DNA of 64,000 bases, from positions 1 through 64,000 of IMG/VR virus record IMGVR_UViG_3300031758_000004. One strand, written 5' to 3'. Both the position numbers and the translations under genes were made by a program. This document shows, one piece after another, positions 29,715-39,906 of this stretch (position 1 is the stretch's first letter; every line of letters starts with the position of its first letter). The DNA is from a virus. The notes under the pieces were generated by a model. That model saw only the letters and a program-made list of their open reading frames with translations. It ran no database searches and was not told where the DNA came from.

Positions 29715-31382
29715 ATGTCACTTAAAAAAGATTTAGCAAAATTTAAACCAAGAAAAGAACAGAAGGAAGCATTGGAATTTATAGATTCGGAATATAATAA
29801 AAATAAACTAAACAAGTTCTATCTACTTAATCTACCAGTTGGTACGGGTAAATCTTACTTAGCCTTAATGATTGCAGACTGGTATAAAAAGAATGTAAGT
29901 AAATTCGCAAGAGTTGATGTTATCACTAACAGTAAAATTCTACAAGACCAATACTCAGAAACTTACGAATCAATTTCTGATTTAAAGGGTAAAGAGAATT
30001 ATGAATGTGAATCTTATTCTTGTTCTTGTGCTCAAGGTGGTGAGTTTAATAGACTTAATAAAACAACTTGTGAATCTTGTCCATATACAAACGCTAGAGA
30101 GAACTATATTAGTGGTGGAATCTCTTTAACAAACTTTTATCTTTATATTCTTTATGCGATTTATAATCAAAAGTTAATGGAATCAAGAGGAGCTAGAGTT
30201 TTAATTGTTGATGAGTGTCATGAATTTGATGATGTTATGTCTGACTTTATCTCCATTAAGATAACTGAGACAATAGTTAAGAGGTTTAAATTTTCAAATG
30301 AATATGAGATTTTGAAAAAGTTAAAAGCTGTGAATACTATTCAATCATATGTTGATTTTCTTTCATATTTTAATGGTGAAATTTTAGATACCGTTGAGGG
30401 AATGGAGAAAGGAATGGTTAATACAAAAAGAGATGTTAAATCTGATAAAAGAGATTTGAAAATCTCAAAAGTTTTAAATAGTAAAAATAGTGACGTTAAG
30501 TTAATGAACTTAGTTACAGATTTAAAACAATACCAATTAAAAATAGAAGTATTCTTAAAAGAATATAAGGAAAATCCAAATAACTGGGTATTGGAATCTA
30601 ATTGGAATGAAAAAGCTAGACAAAAAGAATTATCCTTAGAACCAATTTGGTCTTTTGATTACTTAGATAAGTATGTTTTTGCTCACTATGATATGGTTTT
30701 TCTTATGTCTGGAACTATTTTAGATAAGAACTTATTTTGTAATCTAAACGGATTAGATGTTAGTAAAGCTGTTTACTATTCAATTGGATCTCCTTTTCCA
30801 TTAAAGAATAGACCTATTTTTTATATGCCATTGGGTAAGATGTCATTTAAAACAAAAGAAGAAACTTTTAAAAGATATATTCCTTATATACAGAAATTAT
30901 TAGATAAATATAAAGGTAAAAAAGGAGTTATACACACAAATTCTTTTGAACTGGCTAAATGGATTGAAGATTCAATTAAAGATCCAAGACTTATTTTCCA
31001 CGATTCATCTAATAAAGATGAGGTTTTGAAAATGCACTTTGAAAGTACAGAACCAACTGTTATTGTTAGTCCTTCAATGGATACAGGCGTTAGTTTTGAT
31101 AATGATAAAGCCCGTTTTCAAATTATTGCTAAAATTCCTTATCCTTCTTTAGCATCTCAGAAAAACAAAATGAGACAAGTCAATAATCCGGATTGGTATA
31201 GTTGGAAGACCTGTGCTGGGTTAGTACAAATGACTGGTAGACCAGTTAGATCTATAACTGATTATGCTGATACTATTGTATTAGATGGTGGATTTGGTGA
31301 TGTTATAAAACACTCTTCTCATTTTTTACCAGATTGGATTCAAGAGGCAATCAAAAGAGTAAATGTTAAAATAGACGCATAA
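29715..31382 (+). CDS. DinG/XPD-like SF2 helicase
   Basis: LPVGTGKS, IVDECH, MSGT, SPSMDTGVSF, QMTGRPVRS; Cys cluster CESYSCSC..CESC. Confidence 0.85.
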   Translation: MSLKKDLAKFKPRKEQKEALEFIDSEYNKNKLNKFYLLNLPVGTGKSYLALMIADWYKKNVSKFARVDVITNSKILQDQYSETYESISDLKGKENYECESYSCSCAQGGEFNRLNKTTCESCPYTNARENYISGGISLTNFYLYILYAIYNQKLMESRGARVLIVDECHEFDDVMSDFISIKITETIVKRFKFSNEYEILKKLKAVNTIQSYVDFLSYFNGEILDTVEGMEKGMVNTKRDVKSDKRDLKISKVLNSKNSDVKLMNLVTDLKQYQLKIEVFLKEYKENPNNWVLESNWNEKARQKELSLEPIWSFDYLDKYVFAHYDMVFLMSGTILDKNLFCNLNGLDVSKAVYYSIGSPFPLKNRPIFYMPLGKMSFKTKEETFKRYIPYIQKLLDKYKGKKGVIHTNSFELAKWIEDSIKDPRLIFHDSSNKDEVLKMHFESTEPTVIVSPSMDTGVSFDNDKARFQIIAKIPYPSLASQKNKMRQVNNPDWYSWKTCAGLVQMTGRPVRSITDYADTIVLDGGFGDVIKHSSHFLPDWIQEAIKRVNVKIDA

Positions 31383-31410
31383 AAAAACTCACCAATTTGG
31401 TGAGTTTTTT
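31381..31410. terminator. Bidirectional intrinsic terminator
   Basis: aaaaaaactcacc-aattt-ggtgagtttttt. Confidence 0.85.
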
Positions 31411-31435
31411 GTTTATAATTCGATGATACGTCAAA

Positions 31436-32059
31436 TTATTTCTTTTTATTTTTAGCTTCTTTAGCTGCTTTTTTCATTGGCTCTTTTTTATCACCATCTT
31501 TATCTAAATCTAAGAAATCTGGTTTAGCACCTTTTTTACCACCTTTTTTCTCATCTTTATCCTCTTTTTTACCTTCTTTCTCAGCTTTCTTTTTATCTAA
31601 ATAAGCTTTGAAACCAGCATTCATTTTTTCATTGAAACCTTTGAAAGACTCAACATAAGTATCTTCTTCAAAATTTTCATCCTCATCTTCGTCTTCATCA
31701 GAACCAAAATCTTCGTGAGAATACTCATCTTCTTCGTGAGAAAAATCTTCTTCGTCTTCATGACCAAAATCTTCGTGAGAATACTCATCCTCTTCATCGT
31801 TACACGGTTCACATTCTTCTTCATCAGAACCAAAATTATCAAATGATGAAATTCTTGATCCACCTAATGATGAATCTTCTTCATCACCCCAATTTTCTTC
31901 ATCATGATTAAATTCATCACCTTCTTCTTCGTCATGACCATAGAAATCATCTTCGTGACCGAAATCACCTTCTTCTTCATCATGACCATAGAAATCATCT
32001 TCTCTTTCAATTTCAGATTCAGGGTTGAAAAATTCATTAATTTTCTTTATAAATCTCAT
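31436..32059 (-). CDS. Highly acidic repeat protein with basic tail (internal head/scaffold-like)
   Basis: MRFIKKINEFF; EDDFYGHDEEEGD x2 and EDEYSHEDFG repeats; C-terminal DFLDLDKDGDKKE. Confidence 0.6.
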   Translation of the reverse strand: MRFIKKINEFFNPESEIEREDDFYGHDEEEGDFGHEDDFYGHDEEEGDEFNHDEENWGDEEDSSLGGSRISSFDNFGSDEEECEPCNDEEDEYSHEDFGHEDEEDFSHEEDEYSHEDFGSDEDEDEDENFEEDTYVESFKGFNEKMNAGFKAYLDKKKAEKEGKKEDKDEKKGGKKGAKPDFLDLDKDGDKKEPMKKAAKEAKNKKK

Positions 32060-32128
32060 TTTATACGTTTTATTTTTAATTATATATTATTTTTTAAAAA
32101 CCGTTTTTTTACTTTTTATATATACATT

Positions 32129-33181
32129 ATGAAAGTTTTTAATTATTCAGAATTCTTGTTAGAAGAAGCAGGTGAAAGACTTAAAGGTCTATTTAAGTTA
32201 TCCAGAGAAGTTAAACATAAATTAAATATAATTATCAATAATTTTGATGATTCAGTGGGTAAAGCTTTGTTAGAATTAGATAGAAGTGAACAAGAAATGA
32301 CTTATATAAATCTACATAGTGAAGATAAAATACTTTATGTTCCAATGGATAAAGTCAAATCTTTTTTTGATAATCCAAGTGTTAATAGATTTGTTAAAAA
32401 ACAAAATCTAAATGATTTAATTAGAATTTACGAATTTAAACCAGATCCAGGAAAACTATATAATTATTATTTTGATACAAAGTTATCATTTACTGAGATT
32501 TATGTTGGTAGATTTGTTAAAAAATTATTAGGTGATACATTTAGTGATAAAGATATATCACTATTTGTGGAAAGATGGGTATCAACAAATACAAGTGGAA
32601 CTTTTCAAATATGGGGAACTGATAAAGTATTAGATGCTTATTGTACAGGTAATTATGAAGAATACTTGGGATCAACTTTAGACCATTCTTGTATGAATGA
32701 TGATCATTCTGTTAATTTTTATAGAGCTTGTCCAGGAGTTAAAATATTGGTACTACTTGATGATCAAGAATCTATAAAGGGTAGAGCTCTTCTTTGGGAA
32801 ACAACTTCTGGTAAAAAATTAATGGATAGAGTTTATTATAATACAGAGGCTGATTATCAAAAGTTTATGAAGTGGGCTATAGATAATGACTATTATACAA
32901 GAAGCAAGACTAGTAATTCAATTGACGCTTTTCATTGGAAAGGAAGTCCGTTAGTAGTTACACTAAAAGAAAAAGTAGTTTTTCCTAATATAGATGAATA
33001 TAGAAATGAAGATTTTCCATATTTAGATACATTTTGTTATTCACAAGGTGGTTTTGGTATGAATTATGAACCATCTGAACCTGGTAAATATTATAAACTT
33101 CAAGAAACGGATGGAACGGTTGAAGAGTTTTTTAATATTGATCCAAGTCAAAGAGATATGACACAAGATGATAATTGGTAA
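32129..33181 (+). CDS. Conserved phage protein with CTS-like N-terminus
   Basis: Likely start MKVFNYSEFLLEEA at 32129; SCM..GRALLW..MDRVY..FPYLDTF. Confidence 0.65.
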   Translation: MKVFNYSEFLLEEAGERLKGLFKLSREVKHKLNIIINNFDDSVGKALLELDRSEQEMTYINLHSEDKILYVPMDKVKSFFDNPSVNRFVKKQNLNDLIRIYEFKPDPGKLYNYYFDTKLSFTEIYVGRFVKKLLGDTFSDKDISLFVERWVSTNTSGTFQIWGTDKVLDAYCTGNYEEYLGSTLDHSCMNDDHSVNFYRACPGVKILVLLDDQESIKGRALLWETTSGKKLMDRVYYNTEADYQKFMKWAIDNDYYTRSKTSNSIDAFHWKGSPLVVTLKEKVVFPNIDEYRNEDFPYLDTFCYSQGGFGMNYEPSEPGKYYKLQETDGTVEEFFNIDPSQRDMTQDDNW

Positions 33182-33202
33182 TCTAAAATTAATATATAAT
33201 AT

Positions 33203-34006
33203 ATGAAAATTAAAAGATATAACGATATTGTAGTTGACTCAATGGTTGAACATTTTATACAATCACTTGAAATGGTAACAGAATCAGATGAAACTGAAAA
33301 TGAAGATTATAAAAGTGTACTAAGAAAAATAGTAAGTGATTTAAATCTTAATTTTAGATTAATTGGGACATTTGGATTTGGAATTGGTGCTTTTATGCCA
33401 ATTATACTTAATATAATGAAAAATGCAAGTTTATCACAAGTTGAAATAACAAAAGAAACAGTAGTTTTATTAGCATTAACATCACTTTCAATTATTTATT
33501 TAGAAGAAAAGAAAACTAAATCACCTAAAGAAGAGGTTGAAATGACAAAGGATTCGAAATCTATGCTTGAGGAATTGAGAATGAGAGGTATTGGTGATGG
33601 AATTGTTAAAAAAGTTATTAAATGTTTGAAATCAGTAACAGGTGTTTTTAAAATATTTGGTAAACACGTTGGTGCTGTTATTGGTGGTATTATAGATATG
33701 TTTGCTTATGGTGCTATGTTAGCTCCTATTTGTGTTTCATTAGCTGATATAATCAATAAATATAAACTTAACTTAGACACAATGCCTGAAAACTTTCTAA
33801 TGTTAGCTAGTGGTGTTGCGACTATTGTTGCTAAACACACAATAGCTCATGTTATTAAAAAATTAAAAAGTAAATTAAAACTTCCAAAGAAAATTGAAGA
33901 TAAAATAGAAGATGAAGTGGAAGAAATGGAAGAACCGACTATACAAAAGACACTAGGAAATAGTCGTTTAGGATCTGAAATAATAAATGATAATAAAAAT
34001 AAGTAA
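33203..34006 (+). CDS. Hypothetical protein with hydrophobic segments
   Basis: 267 aa; TAATATATA at 33190; MKIKRYND start. Confidence 0.65.
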   Translation: MKIKRYNDIVVDSMVEHFIQSLEMVTESDETENEDYKSVLRKIVSDLNLNFRLIGTFGFGIGAFMPIILNIMKNASLSQVEITKETVVLLALTSLSIIYLEEKKTKSPKEEVEMTKDSKSMLEELRMRGIGDGIVKKVIKCLKSVTGVFKIFGKHVGAVIGGIIDMFAYGAMLAPICVSLADIINKYKLNLDTMPENFLMLASGVATIVAKHTIAHVIKKLKSKLKLPKKIEDKIEDEVEEMEEPTIQKTLGNSRLGSEIINDNKNK

Positions 34007-34011
34007 AAATG

Positions 34012-34038
34012 AAAATCCTTAATATAAGGATTTTTTTT
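34012..34038 (+). terminator. Intrinsic terminator
   Basis: aaaatcctta-ata-taaggattttttt. Confidence 0.75.
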
Positions 34039-34095
34039 ATTTAAACAAAGATTAGTTTATTTATATAATTCATGATTAAAAAATAATTATTATAA

Positions 34096-34824
34096 ATGAC
34101 TACTCCACAATTAGAGAAAGTATATTTTAATTACATTTTAAAGAACAAGAAATATTTTGAGATAGTAAAGGCTTATTTTTTTAGAAATTCGGAAATTCAA
34201 TTTGTTTACGGCGTAATTAGAGAATATATGTTGAAAGGTTCGGATGTTGAAATCCCAACTCCGAGACAAATTTTAGACATGGTTAACCTTCAAGATAAAG
34301 AAGGTATGATAACCAAAGAGATTTTAAAATCAATTCTTCAAGTTAATCTTGATGAATATGATGAGAAAAACTTTATAGAACCAAACTTTAATGGTTGGGT
34401 TTTAGCAAATCGATTAAAAACTGGTACAGTAGATATCATCGATGAAACTAGAAATCTAGATTCAATATCTGACTTTGATAAAGCAGTCGAAGCTGCTAAT
34501 AGAATTAAAGGTATTGTTGATGAGATGTCATCAACTAGATTTGTACAAGATGATGATATGGGTTCAGATTTTGATGAGGCTGAAAATCACGTACAAGATT
34601 CCTCAAAATTTAAAGTTAAATGTGGATTCGAAACCATTGACCATATGCTAGGTGGTGGATGGGATATTTCTACATTAAATGTAATAATGGCTGAAACTAA
34701 CAACGGAAAATGTTGTTCTTTTGATACGGTGATAAAAGTTAGAGATAAGAATAATGGTAATGTTTCAAATGTTGATTTTGGAACATTCTTTGCCAAAGTT
34801 AGTCAGTGGGGTGTTGATATTTAA
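34096..34824 (+). CDS. dnaB: gp41/DnaB helicase N-terminal fragment fused to split-intein N-part
   Basis: CGFETIDHMLGGG..LNVIMAETNNGK, then CCSFDTVIKVRD (intein block A). Confidence 0.88.
   Translation: MTTPQLEKVYFNYILKNKKYFEIVKAYFFRNSEIQFVYGVIREYMLKGSDVEIPTPRQILDMVNLQDKEGMITKEILKSILQVNLDEYDEKNFIEPNFNGWVLANRLKTGTVDIIDETRNLDSISDFDKAVEAANRIKGIVDEMSSTRFVQDDDMGSDFDEAENHVQDSSKFKVKCGFETIDHMLGGGWDISTLNVIMAETNNGKCCSFDTVIKVRDKNNGNVSNVDFGTFFAKVSQWGVDI
34711..34821 (+). other. Split intein IntN, 37 aa (atypically short)
   Basis: Cys1 immediately after the Walker A GK; ends at stop 34822-24. Confidence 0.8.
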
Positions 34825-34847
34825 TATATAAAAATAAAATATTAAGT

Positions 34848-36029
34848 ATGAATGCAGATGCTAAAAAAAGATATAAGGATATAGAATTTCCTTACACTTG
34901 TCCTATTAGTAATAGAATATTTGAGAGTTCACAGGGTTTATCTTGTTATGTTACAAAAACATTGAAAATGAATCATGAAGAGTATTATGATACTTATATA
35001 AATCACAGAGACAATTCTTGTTTCTTTTGTGGTAGTAAAGGTAAGTTTATTTCTATATCAAAGGGATATAGAAATTTATGTGAGAGTCAAGAGTGTGTTA
35101 AAAAATCATTTAACTCTCATAGTGTAGAGGGATTCATGTATAGAAATATGCTTTCTAGAGAAGAAGCTGAAGTTCAATTTAAAATAGAAAATGAAAGGCA
35201 GTTGAAAGAAAGGATTGAATCACAAAATAAATTAAGAAAAATAGATAAAAATTGGGACAAAAAAAGAAGTAGAAACTGTAAGTATTTTTGGATTGAGAAG
35301 GGATATTCTGAAAAGAATGCTATTTTAAAAGCAAAAGAGGTTATGGATGAAATTCATTTAAAAACCTCTATTAAATTAAAATCAAATCCTGAAAAATATG
35401 CACATAAATATCCAACGAAAAAGGAGTACTATTTAAAAAGAGGTTTTAGTGAAGAGGAGGCTATTGAAAAGATATCTGAAATACAAAATAGATTTTCGTT
35501 ACAAAAATGTATTGAAAAATATGGCAAAGAAGATGGTAAAATAGTTTTTGAAGAGAGACAGAGGAAATGGATCGAAACAATAGATTCAAAAACAGAAGAG
35601 GAGAAAATAGAAATTAATAGAAAAAAATTATTTAATAATGGTGGATATTCTAAAATTTCACAAAATCTTTTCTGGAGTATTTATGAGAACTTTAAAAATA
35701 ACAAAATTAATTTTGAAGAGTTAAACTCAGAAACCATTAGATATGATAAAATAAATAAAAGACATTATAGATTTGATTATGTTGATCATAGTAAAAAGAA
35801 ATGTATTGAATTTAATGGTGATTATTGGCACTGTAACCCTGATAAGTATAATGAGAGCTTTATACATCCTATATTGAAAGTAACATCAAAAGAAATTTGG
35901 AAAAAAGATATTGATAAAATCAATTGGTTTAGAAAAAGGGGTTATGAAGTTTTTATTGTTTGGGAATCTGAATATAGAAAAAACCCGAAACAAACCGTAG
36001 AAAAATGTATAAAATTTATTAATGAATAA
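34848..36029 (+). mobile_element. Free-standing Vsr-like homing endonuclease
   Basis: C-terminal CIEFNGDYWHCNP..VFIVWESE; sits between the intein halves. Confidence 0.8.
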
Positions 36030-36471
36030 TTTAGATAATTTTGAAGTAATAGAAGCAGATAGTCTATTAGAAGGTAAGTATGATAGACCGCTTTATGATA
36101 AATTCATCGAAGCATATGAGGTGGATAATTTTGAGGTATTGACCCCAAATGGATGGGTTAATATAGAGGGTATTGGTAAAACAATAAAATTTGAAGAATT
36201 TGAAATTATTACCTCCGGTGGTAAAAATTTAATATGCGCTGACAAACATCTATTATATAGATGTGATAATATGGACTTTTCATCAAAAAAATGTGATTTG
36301 ACAGAGATATATTGTGAGAAATTAGAATTGGGTAATTTTATAATGACAAAAGATGGACCGGAGCAAATTATGAATATATCAAAAACCGGAAAAAATTCAC
36401 ATATGTATGATTTACAACTATCAGAGGGTTCTAATAAACAGTATTATATAAATGATATTCTTAGTCACAAT
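36022..36471 (+). other. Split intein IntC, 150 aa, containing blocks B, F and G
   Basis: Ends His-Asn (36466-71); Ser+1 at 36472. Confidence 0.8.
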
Positions 36472-37191
36472 TCTCTTTGGATGCAAAATTTTGCCGTTAA
36501 ATCAGCAAATATGGGACACAATGTTCTTTATATCACTCTTGAAATGAGTGAGCGTAAAGTTATGAAGAGATTAGGTGCTATGAGGTTAAAAATTCCTATT
36601 AATGATTATGATAATCAATCTAAGGATGTTGAATTGATTAAATCTAAGATAGATGCTCTCAAACGAATAGAAGGTGGTGTTGATTTATTTGAAAATAAAG
36701 TTGGTAAAATTATAACTAAATTCTGGGCAGCCGGAACAGCAACTGTTAATGACTTTGATAATTATATTCAAAGATTAAAAGAAAAGAGAGGTATAAAAAT
36801 CGACCTAATTATAGTTGATTATATTACATTGATTGCTGCTAATAAAGGATCTAATGCTGATAATCTTTATACTAAGGGTAAACACTTAGCAGAGGGATTA
36901 AGAGCAATGGGAGCAAAATATATGTGTCCTGTTATAACTGGTGTGCAGGTTGCTAAAGATGCTTGGAACTCATCCGATATTACATTAGAAGCCGTACCTG
37001 AGTCAAAAGCAATAGCAGAGACTGCTGACACCTTCTTTGCTATCATCCGTACAGAAGAAATGAAAAGACAAAACTTATATAGATTTAAACTACTTAAACA
37101 AAGAGATGGTGATTTCTTAAAATCACAGATTAGATTGAGTTTAAATCCAGTTTATTTAACACTAGAAAACGATCAGTTTTTAGATCAATAA
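36022..37191 (+). CDS. dnaB: Split-intein C-part fused to gp41/DnaB helicase C-terminal fragment
   Basis: VLTPNGW, LICADKH (block B), MYDLQL..ILSHN|SLWMQ; then YITLEMSE, IIVDYI, VITGVQ, ESKAIAETAD. Confidence 0.88.
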   Translation: MNNLDNFEVIEADSLLEGKYDRPLYDKFIEAYEVDNFEVLTPNGWVNIEGIGKTIKFEEFEIITSGGKNLICADKHLLYRCDNMDFSSKKCDLTEIYCEKLELGNFIMTKDGPEQIMNISKTGKNSHMYDLQLSEGSNKQYYINDILSHNSLWMQNFAVKSANMGHNVLYITLEMSERKVMKRLGAMRLKIPINDYDNQSKDVELIKSKIDALKRIEGGVDLFENKVGKIITKFWAAGTATVNDFDNYIQRLKEKRGIKIDLIIVDYITLIAANKGSNADNLYTKGKHLAEGLRAMGAKYMCPVITGVQVAKDAWNSSDITLEAVPESKAIAETADTFFAIIRTEEMKRQNLYRFKLLKQRDGDFLKSQIRLSLNPVYLTLENDQFLDQ

Positions 37192-37245
37192 GAAACAAAG
37201 ATAATAAAAAATTATATAAAACAATACAAAAAATAAAAAAAATCT

Positions 37246-38196
37246 ATGGCTAAAAAAGTTAGAGATGATGAAGAAGATTTCGATGATGAATTAGATAATG
37301 AAGTCGGTGATGAAATTATTGATGATTTAGACGATGAAGAAGATTTTGATGATGAATCAAAATCAGATTCTGATCTGAATTTAGACGATGATGACAATTT
37401 AGATATTTTGATTGAAATTGACGATGATGATTTAAATTTGATGGATGATGAGAAAAAAAGTTCAGAGGATGAAGATGATATAGTTCTTTCTAAACATAAA
37501 ATCGAAGGTAAACATTCATTAAAATATGATTCTATTTTTAAGGGTAAAAAAGAAGATCCTTTAAGTGAAGATGATATGGATGGATTTGCTTTTTATCATA
37601 AAGAAAGCATCGAAGTTGATAAATCATCAAACTACTATTTTGAATCTATTGATAATGAAAATTATATTAGAACAAAATTGGTTAAAGAAAGAGTTTATGC
37701 CGTTTTAACGGAACATACATCTCTTAATTTCATGAATAATCGAAGAAAACCTTCAAGATCAGATTTTAATCAATATTATACCTTATTGAAAAGAAATTTA
37801 GAAAGTGAAAGTTTTACTAATATAGAATTGTTTAATGAGTTAGCAGTTTATTTTTCAGATAATCTATTTAATATGTTTAAATTATTAGATAATAAATGGC
37901 GTAATTTGATAATAAAAGAATTACAAGAACATATTGGTAAAAACGCAAATTCTAAACAAGTTATGAATAGAAATATTTATGTTGGAACCGAAATAGAATT
38001 CATGTGGCATGATGAGTTTGGTGATGATAAATTAATTACTGGAGTTGTTTTAGAAACTAACTACGATGATTCAATGTTTAGAGTTGATTCTTATGAAAAT
38101 ATCTATGATATTCATATCAGTATTATAACAAAAATCTTAAATAACACAAAATTTAAGTATAATTTAAATAAACTTAACAACATTGATTTTTTATAA
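37246..38196 (+). CDS. Hypothetical protein with acidic N-terminus
   Basis: 316 aa. Confidence 0.7.
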   Translation: MAKKVRDDEEDFDDELDNEVGDEIIDDLDDEEDFDDESKSDSDLNLDDDDNLDILIEIDDDDLNLMDDEKKSSEDEDDIVLSKHKIEGKHSLKYDSIFKGKKEDPLSEDDMDGFAFYHKESIEVDKSSNYYFESIDNENYIRTKLVKERVYAVLTEHTSLNFMNNRRKPSRSDFNQYYTLLKRNLESESFTNIELFNELAVYFSDNLFNMFKLLDNKWRNLIIKELQEHIGKNANSKQVMNRNIYVGTEIEFMWHDEFGDDKLITGVVLETNYDDSMFRVDSYENIYDIHISIITKILNNTKFKYNLNKLNNIDFL

Positions 38197-38283
38197 AATG
38201 AGCTATAAAAAATCAAAAAATTTTAAAGGTTTAATATTTTAAATAAAAAAACGATGAAATATATAAAAAACAAAAATTAAAAT

Positions 38284-39906
38284 ATGAGCATGATAAAAGT
38301 CACAAAAAGAAATGGTAAGAAAGAAACCGTTAATTTCAATAAGATTGTTGATCGTATAACACAACAAACTTATGGATTAGATCAAAAGTGGATAGCACCG
38401 TTTGAGATCGCACAAAAAGTTATTGAAGGTATTACACCAGATATTAAAACTTCTGTGTTAGATCAATTGGCAATGGAAACTGCGGCTTCTCTTACAACAA
38501 AACACCCAGATTACTCAGTTTTAGCAGCAAGAATCGCTATTACTTCTTTACATAAAGAAACTAAAAAGAGCTTTTCAGAAACAGTTAAAGATTTATATAA
38601 CTATGTAGATCCAATGACAGAGAAACATTCTCCAATTGTTTCTTTGGATTTTTACAACATTGTTAAAAAACACGCTGATGATTTAGATTCAGCTATTGTA
38701 CACTCAAGAGATCATAACTTTGATTACTTTGGTTACAAAACTTTAGAGAAATCTTACTTATTAAAAATTAATGGTAAAGTTGCTGAAAGACCTCAGTATA
38801 TGTATATGAGAACAGCACTTCAAATTTGGGGTGAAAACTTAGAAAAAGTAATTAAAACTTATAACGAATTATCAGAAGGTTATTATACTCACGCAACACC
38901 AACATTATTCAACTCTGGAACAGGTAGACCACAATTATCTTCTTGTTTCTTATTAGATACTGAATCAGATTCTATTGATGGTATTTTTAACACATTAAAA
39001 GAAGCTGCTCAAATCTCTAAAAACGCGGGTGGTATTGGTATCTCTTTTAACAAAGTAAGAGCTAAAGGAACTTATATTGCTGGTACAAACGGTACTTCAA
39101 ATGGTATTATTCCTTTCTTAAAAATCTATAATGAGACAGCGAGAGCGGTAGACCAAGGTGGTGGTAAACGTAAAGGATCAATTGCTATTTATATGGAACC
39201 ATGGCACGCTGATATTATGGACTTCTTAGATTTAAGAAAGAACCAAGGTAAAGATGAAATTAGAGCTCGTGACCTTTTCTTAGCAATGTGGATGAACGAC
39301 TTGTTTATGGAAAGAGTTGAGTTAGATGCTGATTGGTCATTAATGTGTCCTCACGAATGTACTGGATTGAATGAAACTTATGGTGAAGAATTTAACAAAC
39401 TTTATACTTCTTATGAAGCGGCTGGAAAAGCTAAAAGAGTTGTTAAAGCAAGAGAAGTTTGGAATAAAATATTAGAATCTCAAATTGAAACTGGTACACC
39501 ATACTTATTATACAAAGATTCAATCAATGAGAAATCAAATCAATCAAATATTGGAATGATACACTCATCTAATCTATGTTTAGATGGAGATACTTTAGTT
39601 AAGTGTAGAGTTGAAGGTGTAGAGAAAGAATTTGATATGGTCACAATAGATCTTATGTTTAAGAATGGTAAGAAAATAGAAGTTCTTTCTAGAGACTTAG
39701 AAACAGGAATTGATGAGTGGTGTTTGGTTGAAAACTCTGGTATAACCAATCATAATGCGGAAACTATCAAAGTAACAGATGAAAGTGGGAATTACATAAT
39801 CTGTACAGAGGATCATCAAGTTTGGACTCAAAATAGAGGATATGTTAGAGCTGGTGATTTAGAAGAAAATGATATTTTATTATTAAATGAAAAAGAACTT
39901 GTTTAA
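38284..39906 (+). CDS. nrdA: Class Ia ribonucleotide reductase alpha, N-fragment plus IntN
   Basis: ATP cone VTKRNG, ATPTLFNSG, LSSCFL, QGGGKRKG, SSNL|CLDGDT. Confidence 0.92.
   Translation: MSMIKVTKRNGKKETVNFNKIVDRITQQTYGLDQKWIAPFEIAQKVIEGITPDIKTSVLDQLAMETAASLTTKHPDYSVLAARIAITSLHKETKKSFSETVKDLYNYVDPMTEKHSPIVSLDFYNIVKKHADDLDSAIVHSRDHNFDYFGYKTLEKSYLLKINGKVAERPQYMYMRTALQIWGENLEKVIKTYNELSEGYYTHATPTLFNSGTGRPQLSSCFLLDTESDSIDGIFNTLKEAAQISKNAGGIGISFNKVRAKGTYIAGTNGTSNGIIPFLKIYNETARAVDQGGGKRKGSIAIYMEPWHADIMDFLDLRKNQGKDEIRARDLFLAMWMNDLFMERVELDADWSLMCPHECTGLNETYGEEFNKLYTSYEAAGKAKRVVKAREVWNKILESQIETGTPYLLYKDSINEKSNQSNIGMIHSSNLCLDGDTLVKCRVEGVEKEFDMVTIDLMFKNGKKIEVLSRDLETGIDEWCLVENSGITNHNAETIKVTDESGNYIICTEDHQVWTQNRGYVRAGDLEENDILLLNEKELV
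39577..39903 (+). other. Split intein IntN, 109 aa
   Basis: CLDGDTLV (block A), ICTEDHQV (block B), YVRAGDLEEND. Confidence 0.88.

Noticed and set aside
31904-32128. N-terminal 75 aa of the ORF-track call 31904-33181
   Set aside because: It is the antisense of the acidic repeat gene. The real start is likely 32129, with a promoter-like motif and CTS-like N-terminus.
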